Assembly: GCA_035477965.1 (NCBI GenBank) | Contig: DATIKD010000070.1 | Span: 1 to 42,447 of the forward strand | Source: Dehalococcoidales bacterium | GTDB lineage: Bacteria > Chloroflexota > Dehalococcoidia > Dehalococcoidales > UBA3254 | DNA length: 42,447 nucleotides | Direction: 5' to 3' | Part shown: piece after piece, positions 19,426 through 28,201 of the stretch | Position numbering within the stretch: position 1 is the first letter of the stretch | Layout: every line of letters starts with the position of its first letter | The notes under the pieces: generated by a model | The model's input: only the letters and a program-made list of their open reading frames with translations | Told to the model about the DNA's origin: nothing | Databases searched by the model: none | Translations under genes and position numbers: made by a program

Positions 19426-19474
19426 ATTATAATTATATTCACAACTGCCGGACAGTTTTATGATTTGTATCATA
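19426..19474 (-). promoter_or_regulatory. hcp promoter: CRP/FNR-type palindrome TATGAT-TTGT-ATCATA plus tandem TATAAT boxes
   Basis: A perfect 6-4-6 inverted repeat lies at 19459-19474. On the minus strand 21 nt follow, then TATAATTATAAT (19437-19426). Using the first TATAAT as the -12..-7 hexamer, the palindrome centre falls at about -41.5. Confidence 0.55.
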
Positions 19475-19629
19475 CTGGAGCAAGCGTATTCATGATCAAA
19501 ACTAGTTATGGGTAAATTAATCCATCTAAATTCACGTTGGTACGCTGCGAAGTGTCTGGTCTTTTTGGGCCAGGCTGGAGAGCAAGAGAGGCGTCCGGAG
19601 GTCATTTTCCTGTTATGCCGTAGCAAAGA

Positions 19630-19832
19630 CGAAACATCCGGTCTCTTTTGCGTTGTCGTGCGGGAGCGTCAGCGAAACATCCGGTCTCTTTTGCGTTGTT
19701 GTGCGGGAGCGTTAGAAAAAAATACGGTCTCTTTTGCGTTGTCGTGCGGGAGCGTCAGCGAAAAATACGGTCTCTTTTTCATTGTCATGTTGGAGGCCTC
19801 GAAAGGCGAGGCCGAAACATCTGGAGGAGGGG
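19630..19832 (+). repeat. Three tandem 43-nt degenerate units followed by one full A-type hairpin unit
   Basis: The units span 19630-19672, 19673-19715 and 19716-19758 (cgaaacatccggtctcttttgcgttgtcgtgcgggagcgtcag and variants). A unit ending in the hairpin 19787-19820 follows (ATGTT..GGCCTCGaaaggCGAGGCC..AACAT). Confidence 0.85.
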
Positions 19833-19992
19833 TGGAAGATTTTAAAAAGCCTGGACTAATTTTTATGTATTGGCCAGGTGGTTGCCGGACATATTTTAGT
19901 TTATTCAGTGCAAATTGAAGTAAATATGAAAAAGATTTTAGTGCCTTACGCTTGATCAAAACGGGTGGGCTGGCGGTTCAGGCAAACAATTA

Positions 19993-21345
19993 TTATCGGA
20001 TGTCCCTGACGTATCTTTCAGGCCAATAGGGAGGCCAATTTGCCAGATCGGGACAAGCCGGGTTGCCGGTGCGGGCGAAGGTCGCCCAGGCAGTCTGTAT
20101 TCGGTGGGATAGGGCGTCTGCTTCAGGACCAGTTCCGCAGAAGCTGGCATCATGATTCCCGAAGATGAAACCGATTTCCATACCATGGCATGCTCCAAGC
20201 AGGCCTCTCAGCACTGGAGATTTCCAACTGAACAGGTATGCCCAGGTTTTCTGATGCGGCCTTTTGCGGGCTTCCAGCAGATCACGCATGGGTAAGCGAA
20301 AATAAAAATCGGTCTGGGTGGCAACCAGTATTTCATCTATTTTTTTATCCGGCCGCAACGCCTGGAAAAGTCGGGTCTCTTCCAGGTTGGTGCCGGCTAA
20401 CAACGGGATATCCATGTCCTGCCCGGATTGAAAGGAAACCAGAGGATGCACGGGCAGGTTAACTCCGTCTATGACCGGGGCAATAGTATAGCTCCGCCTT
20501 TTTCGTCCGGAATGCAGTTTGGACTGCACAACCAGCAAATTAACCAGCGGGCAATTCAATAATGCCTTTTTATCATCCGGCCGGATGCCCAATTCCTGGA
20601 GGACCAGGCTGGTGTAATCAACCGCGTCAGTAAGTGGAATAAAACGGTGAATACTGCTCTGCATGATAGCTTTGTGAAACAAGCCGCGGGCTTCCGGCAT
20701 AACCATCAGGCACTCTATACTGGCGCCCCCGGCGGATTCGCCGAAGAGAGTGATGTTGTCAGGGTTACCGCCAAACCTGGCGATGTTGTTTTTAATCCAT
20801 TTCAGCGCGGCAATCTGGTCCAGCAGCCCTTCACAGCCCGAGGACGGAATCCGGCCTTCGGTCAGGACATTCAGATTCATAAAACCCAGCAACCCCAGAC
20901 GGTAATTCAGGGTAACTACTACCACATCCTGACTTTTGGCCAGATTGGTTCCCTCAAAAACACTTTGCGCGCCCGAACCCATGACAAATAAACCACCGTG
21001 AATCCAGACCATCACCGGACGCTTTTCAGTGTCCAGCCCGGGAGTCCAGATGTTCAGGTAGAGACAGTCTTCGGCCTGGGGTCCGGCTACCGCAAACTCT
21101 TTAAAGCGGTCGGCCCGGCCGGAATTCTGAGGTGCATTAGCTCCATAACTGACAGCCGGCCGGATTCCCTCCCATGGTTCGACCGGATGGGGCCTCTGCC
21201 AGCGCAGTTCAGCCACCTGCGGAGAGGCGTAAGGGATACCTTTGAAGACCGCGATTGGTCCAGTCAGAAAGCCTTCAACAGTCCCACTCAGCGTGCAAAC
21301 ACGCGGCGAACCTGATAAATTCATGAACAGATTTTCTCCGGCCAA
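19993..21345 (-). CDS. Carboxylesterase, type B family
   Basis: 450 aa. It has the nucleophile elbow FGESAGGASI and the oxyanion region WIHGGLFVMGSG. Confidence 0.88.
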   Translation of the reverse strand: MAGENLFMNLSGSPRVCTLSGTVEGFLTGPIAVFKGIPYASPQVAELRWQRPHPVEPWEGIRPAVSYGANAPQNSGRADRFKEFAVAGPQAEDCLYLNIWTPGLDTEKRPVMVWIHGGLFVMGSGAQSVFEGTNLAKSQDVVVVTLNYRLGLLGFMNLNVLTEGRIPSSGCEGLLDQIAALKWIKNNIARFGGNPDNITLFGESAGGASIECLMVMPEARGLFHKAIMQSSIHRFIPLTDAVDYTSLVLQELGIRPDDKKALLNCPLVNLLVVQSKLHSGRKRRSYTIAPVIDGVNLPVHPLVSFQSGQDMDIPLLAGTNLEETRLFQALRPDKKIDEILVATQTDFYFRLPMRDLLEARKRPHQKTWAYLFSWKSPVLRGLLGACHGMEIGFIFGNHDASFCGTGPEADALSHRIQTAWATFARTGNPACPDLANWPPYWPERYVRDIR

Positions 21346-21504
21346 GATTAATCGACTTATGTTTGTGGATAATTATAGCATATTTTTATTGGTATTATAG
21401 GTTTATATGCTTTTATACAGAGCCGGAGCGGGTTAATCGAAGACTGAAATAAAATCAGGCGAGATAGAAAGGCAGGTTTTGGCAGAGTGGACAGCCCCGG
21501 CAGG

Positions 21505-21993
21505 TTATTTAACCACCGGATGGCCCTCTTTTTCCCAAAGGGTGATCCCTCCGCTCAAATCATAAATGTGGAGGAAGCCCAGTTCTTTCATCAATGTGGC
21601 TGCCTGCCCGCTGCGGTTGCCGGAGCGGCAGATTAACAAATAAGTTTTGGTGCGGCTGTGAGTTGATATACTATCTTTAAAACCAGCCCCCAGAAAATCA
21701 ATATTGATAGAGTTGGCAATGCGGCCGGCGGAGAATTCCTCCGGTGTGCGGACATCCAAAAGGACAAAGTCGCTCTTCCCCTGATTTTGGGTAATTAGAG
21801 TCCGTGCGTCGGCCGGCGTGATTTTCTGATAAATTGCCGAAAGTGTCGGTGTTGAACCGGCATTGGTGCTGAGGGATGGGGCAACAGAATTCCCGGTACA
21901 CCCGTTGAGAGTTATCAGGAACAAAACCAGAGTTAAAAGAGATACTGAAAGCCGGAGCAATTTTCTCCCGGTTTTTGTTTTAGAATTATACAT
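21505..21993 (-). CDS. Rhodanese-domain lipoprotein (sulfurtransferase-like)
   Basis: 162 aa. It has a signal peptide with lipobox LNGC and an active-site loop CRSGNRS. Confidence 0.8.
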   Translation of the reverse strand: MYNSKTKTGRKLLRLSVSLLTLVLFLITLNGCTGNSVAPSLSTNAGSTPTLSAIYQKITPADARTLITQNQGKSDFVLLDVRTPEEFSAGRIANSINIDFLGAGFKDSISTHSRTKTYLLICRSGNRSGQAATLMKELGFLHIYDLSGGITLWEKEGHPVVK

Positions 21994-22013
21994 TGATTAT
22001 ATTATAACCTTTT

Positions 22014-22721
22014 TCACGTTTTAGAGTTCTCTGGCAGCAGGTCTTCCATACGTTCAACGCTTAATTTTTTCCTATGGAAACGGGCTACCGGACCGCCCAG
22101 GGTTTCCAGTCGGTGATTCGGTGTTATTTTAAGACAGCTGCCAGTGGGAATTCCGTAGCCTGTAACCCCGGCTTTTTCCAGCTTTAAGGCCCATTTCAAT
22201 TCTTCCCAGTCATCTTTCTCAGCGTGGGTATCGCAAATCACCGGTGCAATGCCCAGGCATGGAAACAATTCAGCGCTGGAATCATCCTCCGGATCTGTCC
22301 AGCGCACCCACTTTTCTGCCAGCATGATGCTTCCGGCTGATGCCCCGAAAAACAATTTACCCGTCGCAGAAAGTTCCTGAATGAAAGAAACCAACTGCCT
22401 TTCCTGTAAAACCTGCATGCCGGCTTCCACATCACCGCCGCTCATAAAAATGGCGTCTGAATTCTGAAGGATTTGTTTCGCCAGGTTAATATCAGCTTTG
22501 GGGCTGGACAGCAAAACCTGCTTTATTGTGCAGTCTCCGCCGCTTTTTATCATATTTCCGATAAAGCCAAAAAAAGTTTTATCATCGCCGCTGGCAGCGC
22601 CGATGTAAGCCATCTCCGGCCGGGGTTTATTAATCTCCCGAAAGATAGCCTGCATCAGTGTTCTGGCAGATCTGGTCCCGCGACCGCCGGCCATTAGATA
22701 GATGTTTTTTCTAGAATCCAT
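22014..22721 (-). CDS. Peptidase S51-like (dipeptidase E / cyanophycinase-type) protein
   Basis: 235 aa. It has FMSGGDV and the nucleophile motif GASAGSIML. Confidence 0.7.
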   Translation of the reverse strand: MDSRKNIYLMAGGRGTRSARTLMQAIFREINKPRPEMAYIGAASGDDKTFFGFIGNMIKSGGDCTIKQVLLSSPKADINLAKQILQNSDAIFMSGGDVEAGMQVLQERQLVSFIQELSATGKLFFGASAGSIMLAEKWVRWTDPEDDSSAELFPCLGIAPVICDTHAEKDDWEELKWALKLEKAGVTGYGIPTGSCLKITPNHRLETLGGPVARFHRKKLSVERMEDLLPENSKT

Positions 22722-22807
22722 TTGGAATTCTCCCGAAAATTAAAGTCCCATTCGTTTTTAGCTGCCGGATTAAGCGCCGGTATTCGGAATAGTATCACGA
22801 TCCAAAA

Positions 22808-24130
22808 CTAACTGTCCAGGTACGGCTCCAAATTGATTGGGAATAGTGCTTTTGAAAGCAGATATTTGCCTGACACTTCAGGAGTTATGGAATCTGTATA
22901 TATTATATTTATTCTAGCTTTAAGTCCGTAAATATTTCTTAAAATAGCGGCAGCTTTTTGTCCCGGATTGCTTTTATACAAGTTTTCTCCGGTCAGTAAC
23001 AGATTGTATTCAGACAAGCCGGTCTGAACAAACTGGTATTCGTAAATGTCATCCAGAACGCTGAGGGCATTATCCAGTTCCAACAGAGTCACAGGTCTCC
23101 CCTCGGGTGTCAGAGTTAAGTTGACTTTGCGACCTGCGATAGCCTTCAGAATCATACCTGAAGAACGACCACACCGGCAGGCTCCCCGGCTTTCGATCTC
23201 TACCATATCTCCTGTATCAAAATGGAGGTAATAGCACCACGGATTTCCCAGCGGCGTTACCAGGATGCGTCCCAGAAGAGGGCCGCCGTATTGAGCTTTG
23301 AAGGGTTGAAAATCCACCTGGCAAAAATCACTGTTCTGGTGCAGCAGGCCTTCTTCACATTGCATGAAAACATAACCGGTTTCGGTGGTACCGTAAGAAC
23401 TGATGAGCGGAGATTTAAAGCATGCGGCAATTTGCCTGAGGTGAAAGCTTGCCGGATATTCGTAAGTAAAAACAATTGCCTTAGGCTGAAAAACCTTTCC
23501 GGGCCTGGATGCGATATAGCGTGAGAGGCGGGCCAGATAGGACGGATTGGCTTCCAGTACTACTGGCTGAAACTGGTTGAGTTCATCGATCATGCGTTCC
23601 ATCAGGGAACTGGACCAGGTCAGGGGGTCGGTTTTTTCATTTAGATAAAGGTAACGCCCGAGCCGCCGCTGTTCCATGGGCAAGTCAACTTCATCCGATT
23701 TTACACCCACGTTTTTAGGGTTGACCAGTATGGCCTCAGGGTGCTGTCCGGTGGTGTTAAGCGACATTACAGAATGTAACTGCCAGGAACCCCTTTCAGC
23801 GGCGTCCCACCAATTCTGATTCCAGATGTTGGTAATTTTTTCGTCGGTGGTGCCGCTGGTTTCCACCAGATTTATTTCACGGGATTGCAAAGCCCGGTTT
23901 AAATCCATATCCGGAGGCAGCATACCGGCAGGGAAGTTTTCCCGGATGTCCTTTTTAGTTAAAACCGGCAGGGCTGCATAGCGTTTTTCAACCGGCCAGC
24001 TCTCTCCCGGGTCATATTTTTTCCGCTCCTGATAAAACGGTACGTGGTTTAACGCTTTTTCCAGAGTCTGGCGGGCCAGTTGGCGGTGATAATCGTTATA
24101 CGACCACGCAGGTAGTTGAGGATGATTCAT
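22808..24130 (-). CDS. Adenylate-forming ligase, PaaK / F390-synthetase / CapK-like
   Basis: 440 aa. The TSGTTDEKI motif sits where PaaK-family proteins have (S/T)SGTTG, and SYGTTETG lies further on. Confidence 0.65.
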   Translation of the reverse strand: MNHPQLPAWSYNDYHRQLARQTLEKALNHVPFYQERKKYDPGESWPVEKRYAALPVLTKKDIRENFPAGMLPPDMDLNRALQSREINLVETSGTTDEKITNIWNQNWWDAAERGSWQLHSVMSLNTTGQHPEAILVNPKNVGVKSDEVDLPMEQRRLGRYLYLNEKTDPLTWSSSLMERMIDELNQFQPVVLEANPSYLARLSRYIASRPGKVFQPKAIVFTYEYPASFHLRQIAACFKSPLISSYGTTETGYVFMQCEEGLLHQNSDFCQVDFQPFKAQYGGPLLGRILVTPLGNPWCYYLHFDTGDMVEIESRGACRCGRSSGMILKAIAGRKVNLTLTPEGRPVTLLELDNALSVLDDIYEYQFVQTGLSEYNLLLTGENLYKSNPGQKAAAILRNIYGLKARINIIYTDSITPEVSGKYLLSKALFPINLEPYLDS

Positions 24131-24413
24131 TTTGTAGAGACCTCCGGAGAAAGACCTTAACTCTGAACCAGATGCCGGCGTGTTCCAAATCAGATCAGGA
24201 TATTACCCTGTTTCAGTCTAATATTGGCACAGGTGTTCTGTCAACCGGTCGTCTTTAACAATGACACTCCCTCTCTACATTGCTGGCTCGGGTAAGAAAG
24301 GGTAAGTGCCCGGGATGTCTCAGAATGGCTGGTAGAATCCGGGGATTATCTACCCAGCTTTAAACCTGATATATTAAGATATAGAACTGAAAACTGCTCA
24401 GGGAGGCGCAATT

Positions 24414-25055
24414 TTGGATATTATCGCGGATTATCAAAATGTAAAAATAATGCGTTTGAAGCTGGGGCCATGGAACACCAATGCCTATATCATAATCGAC
24501 CCGCTGGCGGGGAAGAGCGCTCTGATCGATGTTCCTGACGGCGCCAGGTCAATAGTCAAACAATTGAAGGGTACTCAATTGGAATGGATAATACTGACTC
24601 ATAATCATCCTGATCATACCGGTGGGCTGGCGGCTGTCCGCAGCCAGGTCCTTTCAGCTGTGGTGGCGCATCCTCTGGACAATCACCCCGGTTTGCCGGT
24701 TAGACCGGATATGGACCTGCATAATCATGACTGTTTGCTGGTGGGCTCACTTAAACTGGAAGTGATCCATGTTCCGGGACATACCCCGGGCAGCCTTGGT
24801 TTGCGGCTGGGTAAATTTTTGTTTGGCGGAGATACTATTTTTCCGGGCGGTCCTGGGCGGACTGGAACCCCGGATGATTTTCAGAAAATCCTGAAGTCAA
24901 TCTCGGAACAAATCCTGACTCTGCCGGATGACACACGGATCTATCCCGGGCACGGGCCTTCGGTTACTCTTAAAAAAGCCAGACAGGAGTATGCTTCTTT
25001 TGCTTCCCGTCAGCATTCCGCCGGCTTATGTGGGGACGTAACCTGGAATATGTGA
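24414..25055 (+). CDS. MBL-fold hydrolase (glyoxalase II-like)
   Basis: 213 aa with a TTG start. It has LTHNHPDHTGG, HVPGHTPGS and GGDTIFPGG. Confidence 0.85.
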   Translation: MDIIADYQNVKIMRLKLGPWNTNAYIIIDPLAGKSALIDVPDGARSIVKQLKGTQLEWIILTHNHPDHTGGLAAVRSQVLSAVVAHPLDNHPGLPVRPDMDLHNHDCLLVGSLKLEVIHVPGHTPGSLGLRLGKFLFGGDTIFPGGPGRTGTPDDFQKILKSISEQILTLPDDTRIYPGHGPSVTLKKARQEYASFASRQHSAGLCGDVTWNM

Positions 25056-25182
25056 CTATTGTAATACAGGTCCGGCCTGAAACGGGAAAACCCTGAAGGG
25101 GAGTGTTTACCCCATAGCTATAGAAAGCCGCATCTTATAAAAGGCAACCTTCGTAAAATCTCCGCTCCGGCAAAACCCTCAA

Positions 25183-26766
25183 TTACTCATCGCTGGGCGG
25201 ACTGACTTCAGAAATCTCCAGGATGCGGTCAACCCGAAAAGTGCGTTCAGCCTTTCGGGTCAGGCAAAAAGCCCGCATTCCCAAATAACTAACCCCCAGA
25301 TAGTTCATTTCTCCCACCAAAACAGGCTTAATAGTACGGCGAGATTTGACATCATCCGGCTTGAGATAAACAATCTCCACCCAGCCATTACCGGCAATGG
25401 CATTCTGAATCAAGCGCAGTTTTTCGGCCGCCGGCAAATTCCGTTCAGATTTTTGATACTGGTAGCGGGTCAGAAAGTCCACCACTTTCCAGTCCATCCA
25501 GATGTGCTTCTTTAATATCGGCCGTTTCAGGACGATGCCTTCCAGAGTGGTACAGCGCGAGAGGGCCACATACATTTGACCATGGGCGAAGGTGCCGCGT
25601 CCGATATCGATGATGACTTTGTTGAAAGTCTTTCCCTGGCTTTTATGAATGGTAATAGCCCAGGCCAGCATGAAGGGAAACTGGGTAAAGCTGCCTACTA
25701 TCTCAGTTTTTAAACTCCCGGCTTCCAGGACGAACCGGGAGATTTCCCATGTAAAAGGCGATACCTCTACTTCGTCTCCGTCAGAAAGAGTGACAATTAC
25801 ATGGGGACTGCCGTCCTTATCTTTGGTAAAACCACTGATTTCACCCATTGTTCCGTTGACCCAGCGTCCTTCGAAATCATTGGTCAGCATCATAATCTGC
25901 GCGCCGTTTTTAACATCCAGCTCCACCTGGGTGGGCAGATATTCATCTCCAAAATCACCTTCTCGCACGCCAATGAAAGTCCGCAACTTACCGCGAAGCT
26001 TTCTGAGCTGCAGGGCATTGATTTTAGCCGCCATTTCGTTAGTGGTGGTCAGTTGTATATAGAGTTCGCTGGCAGGCGGTTCAAAATCAGGCTGGCAGCG
26101 GCTGTTCAATAACTGCAGACCTTCTTCGGTAATGGTTTTATTGCGTATGGAGTTCAGCAGGTTAATAAATTCAGCATCATGCTGTCGGTAGATTTTCTCC
26201 AGTTCCAGGAATTCCATTTTGAAATCGGTGAAGACCCGGGCGGAATAAAAGTAGGGGGTTTCGTAACGTAAGCTGAAACTATTTTTTTCCAGGCTGGTTA
26301 CCACCGGAGGAAGTTGATAGAGGTCACCGATGAAAACCATCTGGATGCCGCCAAAAGGTACGCCAGTATGAGGGCCGTTCAGCCGCAGGAATTTGTCCAC
26401 GCAGTCCAGGAGGTCGGCCCTGACCATGGAAATTTCATCAATGACCAGAGTTTCCAGTTTCTGATAGAGGGAGCCTTCTTCATCGGAAGCCCGCAGTTTT
26501 TTTACCAGGTCAAGCGAAATATTGGGTTTGAACTTAAAGAAGGAGTGGATGGTCTGCCCGCTGACGTTAAGGGCAGCCACACCTGTCGGAGCCAGAACTA
26601 CTACCTTTTTCTTAGTGTTGCGGCGGAAATAACCCAGCAGGGTTGACTTGCCGGTACCTGCGCGTCCGGTGATAAAGATGCTCTGGCGAGAGTTCTCAAG
26701 AATATACAGAGCCTTTCTGAATTGTTCATTGAGTTCTACTACCGGGAGTTCTGCGGGCTTTGACAT
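25183..26766 (-). CDS. Pif1/RecD-family SF1B helicase with a C-terminal WYL-like domain
   Basis: 527 aa. Walker A is GRAGTGKSTLL and motif II is LVIDEISMV. The Pif1-type motif GDLYQLPPV is present, followed by ITIHKSQGKTF and YVALSRCTTLEGI. The C-terminal ~80 aa end in ...AFCLTRKAERTFRVDRILEI, a WYL-like signature. Confidence 0.85.
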   Translation of the reverse strand: MSKPAELPVVELNEQFRKALYILENSRQSIFITGRAGTGKSTLLGYFRRNTKKKVVVLAPTGVAALNVSGQTIHSFFKFKPNISLDLVKKLRASDEEGSLYQKLETLVIDEISMVRADLLDCVDKFLRLNGPHTGVPFGGIQMVFIGDLYQLPPVVTSLEKNSFSLRYETPYFYSARVFTDFKMEFLELEKIYRQHDAEFINLLNSIRNKTITEEGLQLLNSRCQPDFEPPASELYIQLTTTNEMAAKINALQLRKLRGKLRTFIGVREGDFGDEYLPTQVELDVKNGAQIMMLTNDFEGRWVNGTMGEISGFTKDKDGSPHVIVTLSDGDEVEVSPFTWEISRFVLEAGSLKTEIVGSFTQFPFMLAWAITIHKSQGKTFNKVIIDIGRGTFAHGQMYVALSRCTTLEGIVLKRPILKKHIWMDWKVVDFLTRYQYQKSERNLPAAEKLRLIQNAIAGNGWVEIVYLKPDDVKSRRTIKPVLVGEMNYLGVSYLGMRAFCLTRKAERTFRVDRILEISEVSPPSDE

Positions 26767-26940
26767 GGTAACTCCAGTTTAACACAAATGTCGGAAAAAG
26801 GGTTATGGGTAGGGTTTATCCTCACCGGACGTTCAGCAGTAAAAAGGCGGAGATGACGGGGCCGATTTTCTCCTTTTTCCGGTAAGGTTTATAATATAAA
26901 GAAATACCCATAGCGCGGGTGAGGATAAAAGGAAAACGGA

Positions 26941-27573
26941 TTGAGCGGAACATCAGATTTATTGAACTGCTTAAGGATGTTGCTGGCCGGGCTGGAAAAA
27001 CAAACAGTTCAGGATAAAGCCAGGCGGGCTTCGGCCGTCCTGATACCAGTTTTTTTCCAGGAAGACCGGCTGCATATGTTGTTCACCAAGCGCACTGAAC
27101 TGGTGCATCACCACAAAGGCGAGATTTCTTTTCCCGGGGGCGGATTTCATGCGGGGGACGGCAGTCTTTTACAGACTGCGCTGCGTGAAGCCCATGAAGA
27201 AATCGGGCTGGATCCGGCCGGGGTGCAGGTGCTGGGAGAACTGGATCAGATCGTTACCCGCGGTTCACCCTATATCATTTCACCGTTCATTGGGTTAATA
27301 CCACCGGCCTATCAATACAAAACCAGTGCCTTCGAAATAGCCGAAATCATCATTATTCCGGTGCAGGCACTAATTATAGAGGGCTGCCGGGAAGACGGGA
27401 TTGAAGTAATGCCTGAAGGCCACCTGGTGGCATCACACGTTTATGCCTACCAAAAATACCGCATCACCGGCGCCACTGCTCGCATCTTGCGGCAATTCCT
27501 GGATTTATATTTACGGGCTGACTGCTCAGTCTGCCAAGATGCCAATCCCAGGCTCCAGGAAGGAAAATCGTAG
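26941..27573 (+). CDS. NUDIX hydrolase (CoA pyrophosphatase-like)
   Basis: 210 aa with a TTG start. The Nudix box is GEISFPGGGFHAGDGSLLQTALREAHEEIGL. Confidence 0.85.
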   Translation: MSGTSDLLNCLRMLLAGLEKQTVQDKARRASAVLIPVFFQEDRLHMLFTKRTELVHHHKGEISFPGGGFHAGDGSLLQTALREAHEEIGLDPAGVQVLGELDQIVTRGSPYIISPFIGLIPPAYQYKTSAFEIAEIIIIPVQALIIEGCREDGIEVMPEGHLVASHVYAYQKYRITGATARILRQFLDLYLRADCSVCQDANPRLQEGKS

Positions 27574-27714
27574 CATTTTCTTTATGACCAGCCTAAAATC
27601 AGGCAACCTCTGTTTCTGCTCACTGCTGTCCCAATTATGCCCAGAATGATAGACAACTTGGTTAAAATTCTCCATTCTGGTTGTAAAGAGTTATTTTATG
27701 GAGAAAACAGGGGT

Positions 27715-27966
27715 TGGCCCCCCTCCGGATCCTTCAGCCTCGCCAATCGAGGCTTCCAGGATGACAACGAACAAGGGGTCGGATCCTTCAGCCTAGCCAT
27801 TCGAGGCTTCCAGGATGACAACGAAAAAGGGACCGGATCCTTCAGCCTCGCCATTCGAGGCTTCCAGGATGACAACGAAAATGGGGCATTAGAGAGCCAG
27901 ACACGGGGACTGGCCGCCCCGCCGCCGGATCCTTCAGCCTCGCCATACGAGGCTTCCAGGATGACA
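27715..27966 (-). repeat. Tandem array of four A-type hairpin units (reverse orientation), spaced 54, 54 and 92 nt
   Basis: The hairpins lie at 27729-27762, 27783-27816, 27837-27870 and 27929-27962 (ATCCTTCAGCCTCGCCAATCGAGGCTTCCAGGAT and variants). The inter-unit segments resemble one another (acaacgaaNNNgggg). Confidence 0.9.
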
Positions 27967-28201
27967 GGAATAAAGGTCTCCGGATGCCTGGCTGTCGCTC
28001 CGGCATGACTCCCTGTTTTGACACCGTGATGATGAAAAATCAGGGTATCAGGCTCGTTACAGATTTTTATGTTGGACAAGAGTGATAAGAGGGCGAAAAA
28101 AGGCGAACCCAGGACACGGGGCTATATGATTGACTCTGCGCCGGTCCGGCTCACACCTTAATATACCCCCGGCCGCTTAAATACCGCCATAAAGCCGGCT
28201 T

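Noticed and set aside
19630-19832. Possible CRISPR or minisatellite-encoded peptide repeats
   Set aside because: The units are head-to-tail 43-mers with no unique spacers. The ORFs that cross them (19508-19918, 19648-19845, 19669-19959) are just translations of the repeat, with no RBS and highly biased composition.
27715-27966. Possible CRISPR array (regularly spaced ~37-nt repeats)
   Set aside because: The spacers are only 17 nt for the first two intervals and resemble one another. The repeat is the same hairpin unit scattered singly elsewhere in the window. No cas genes or leader are present. This is a tandemly duplicated REP-like element.
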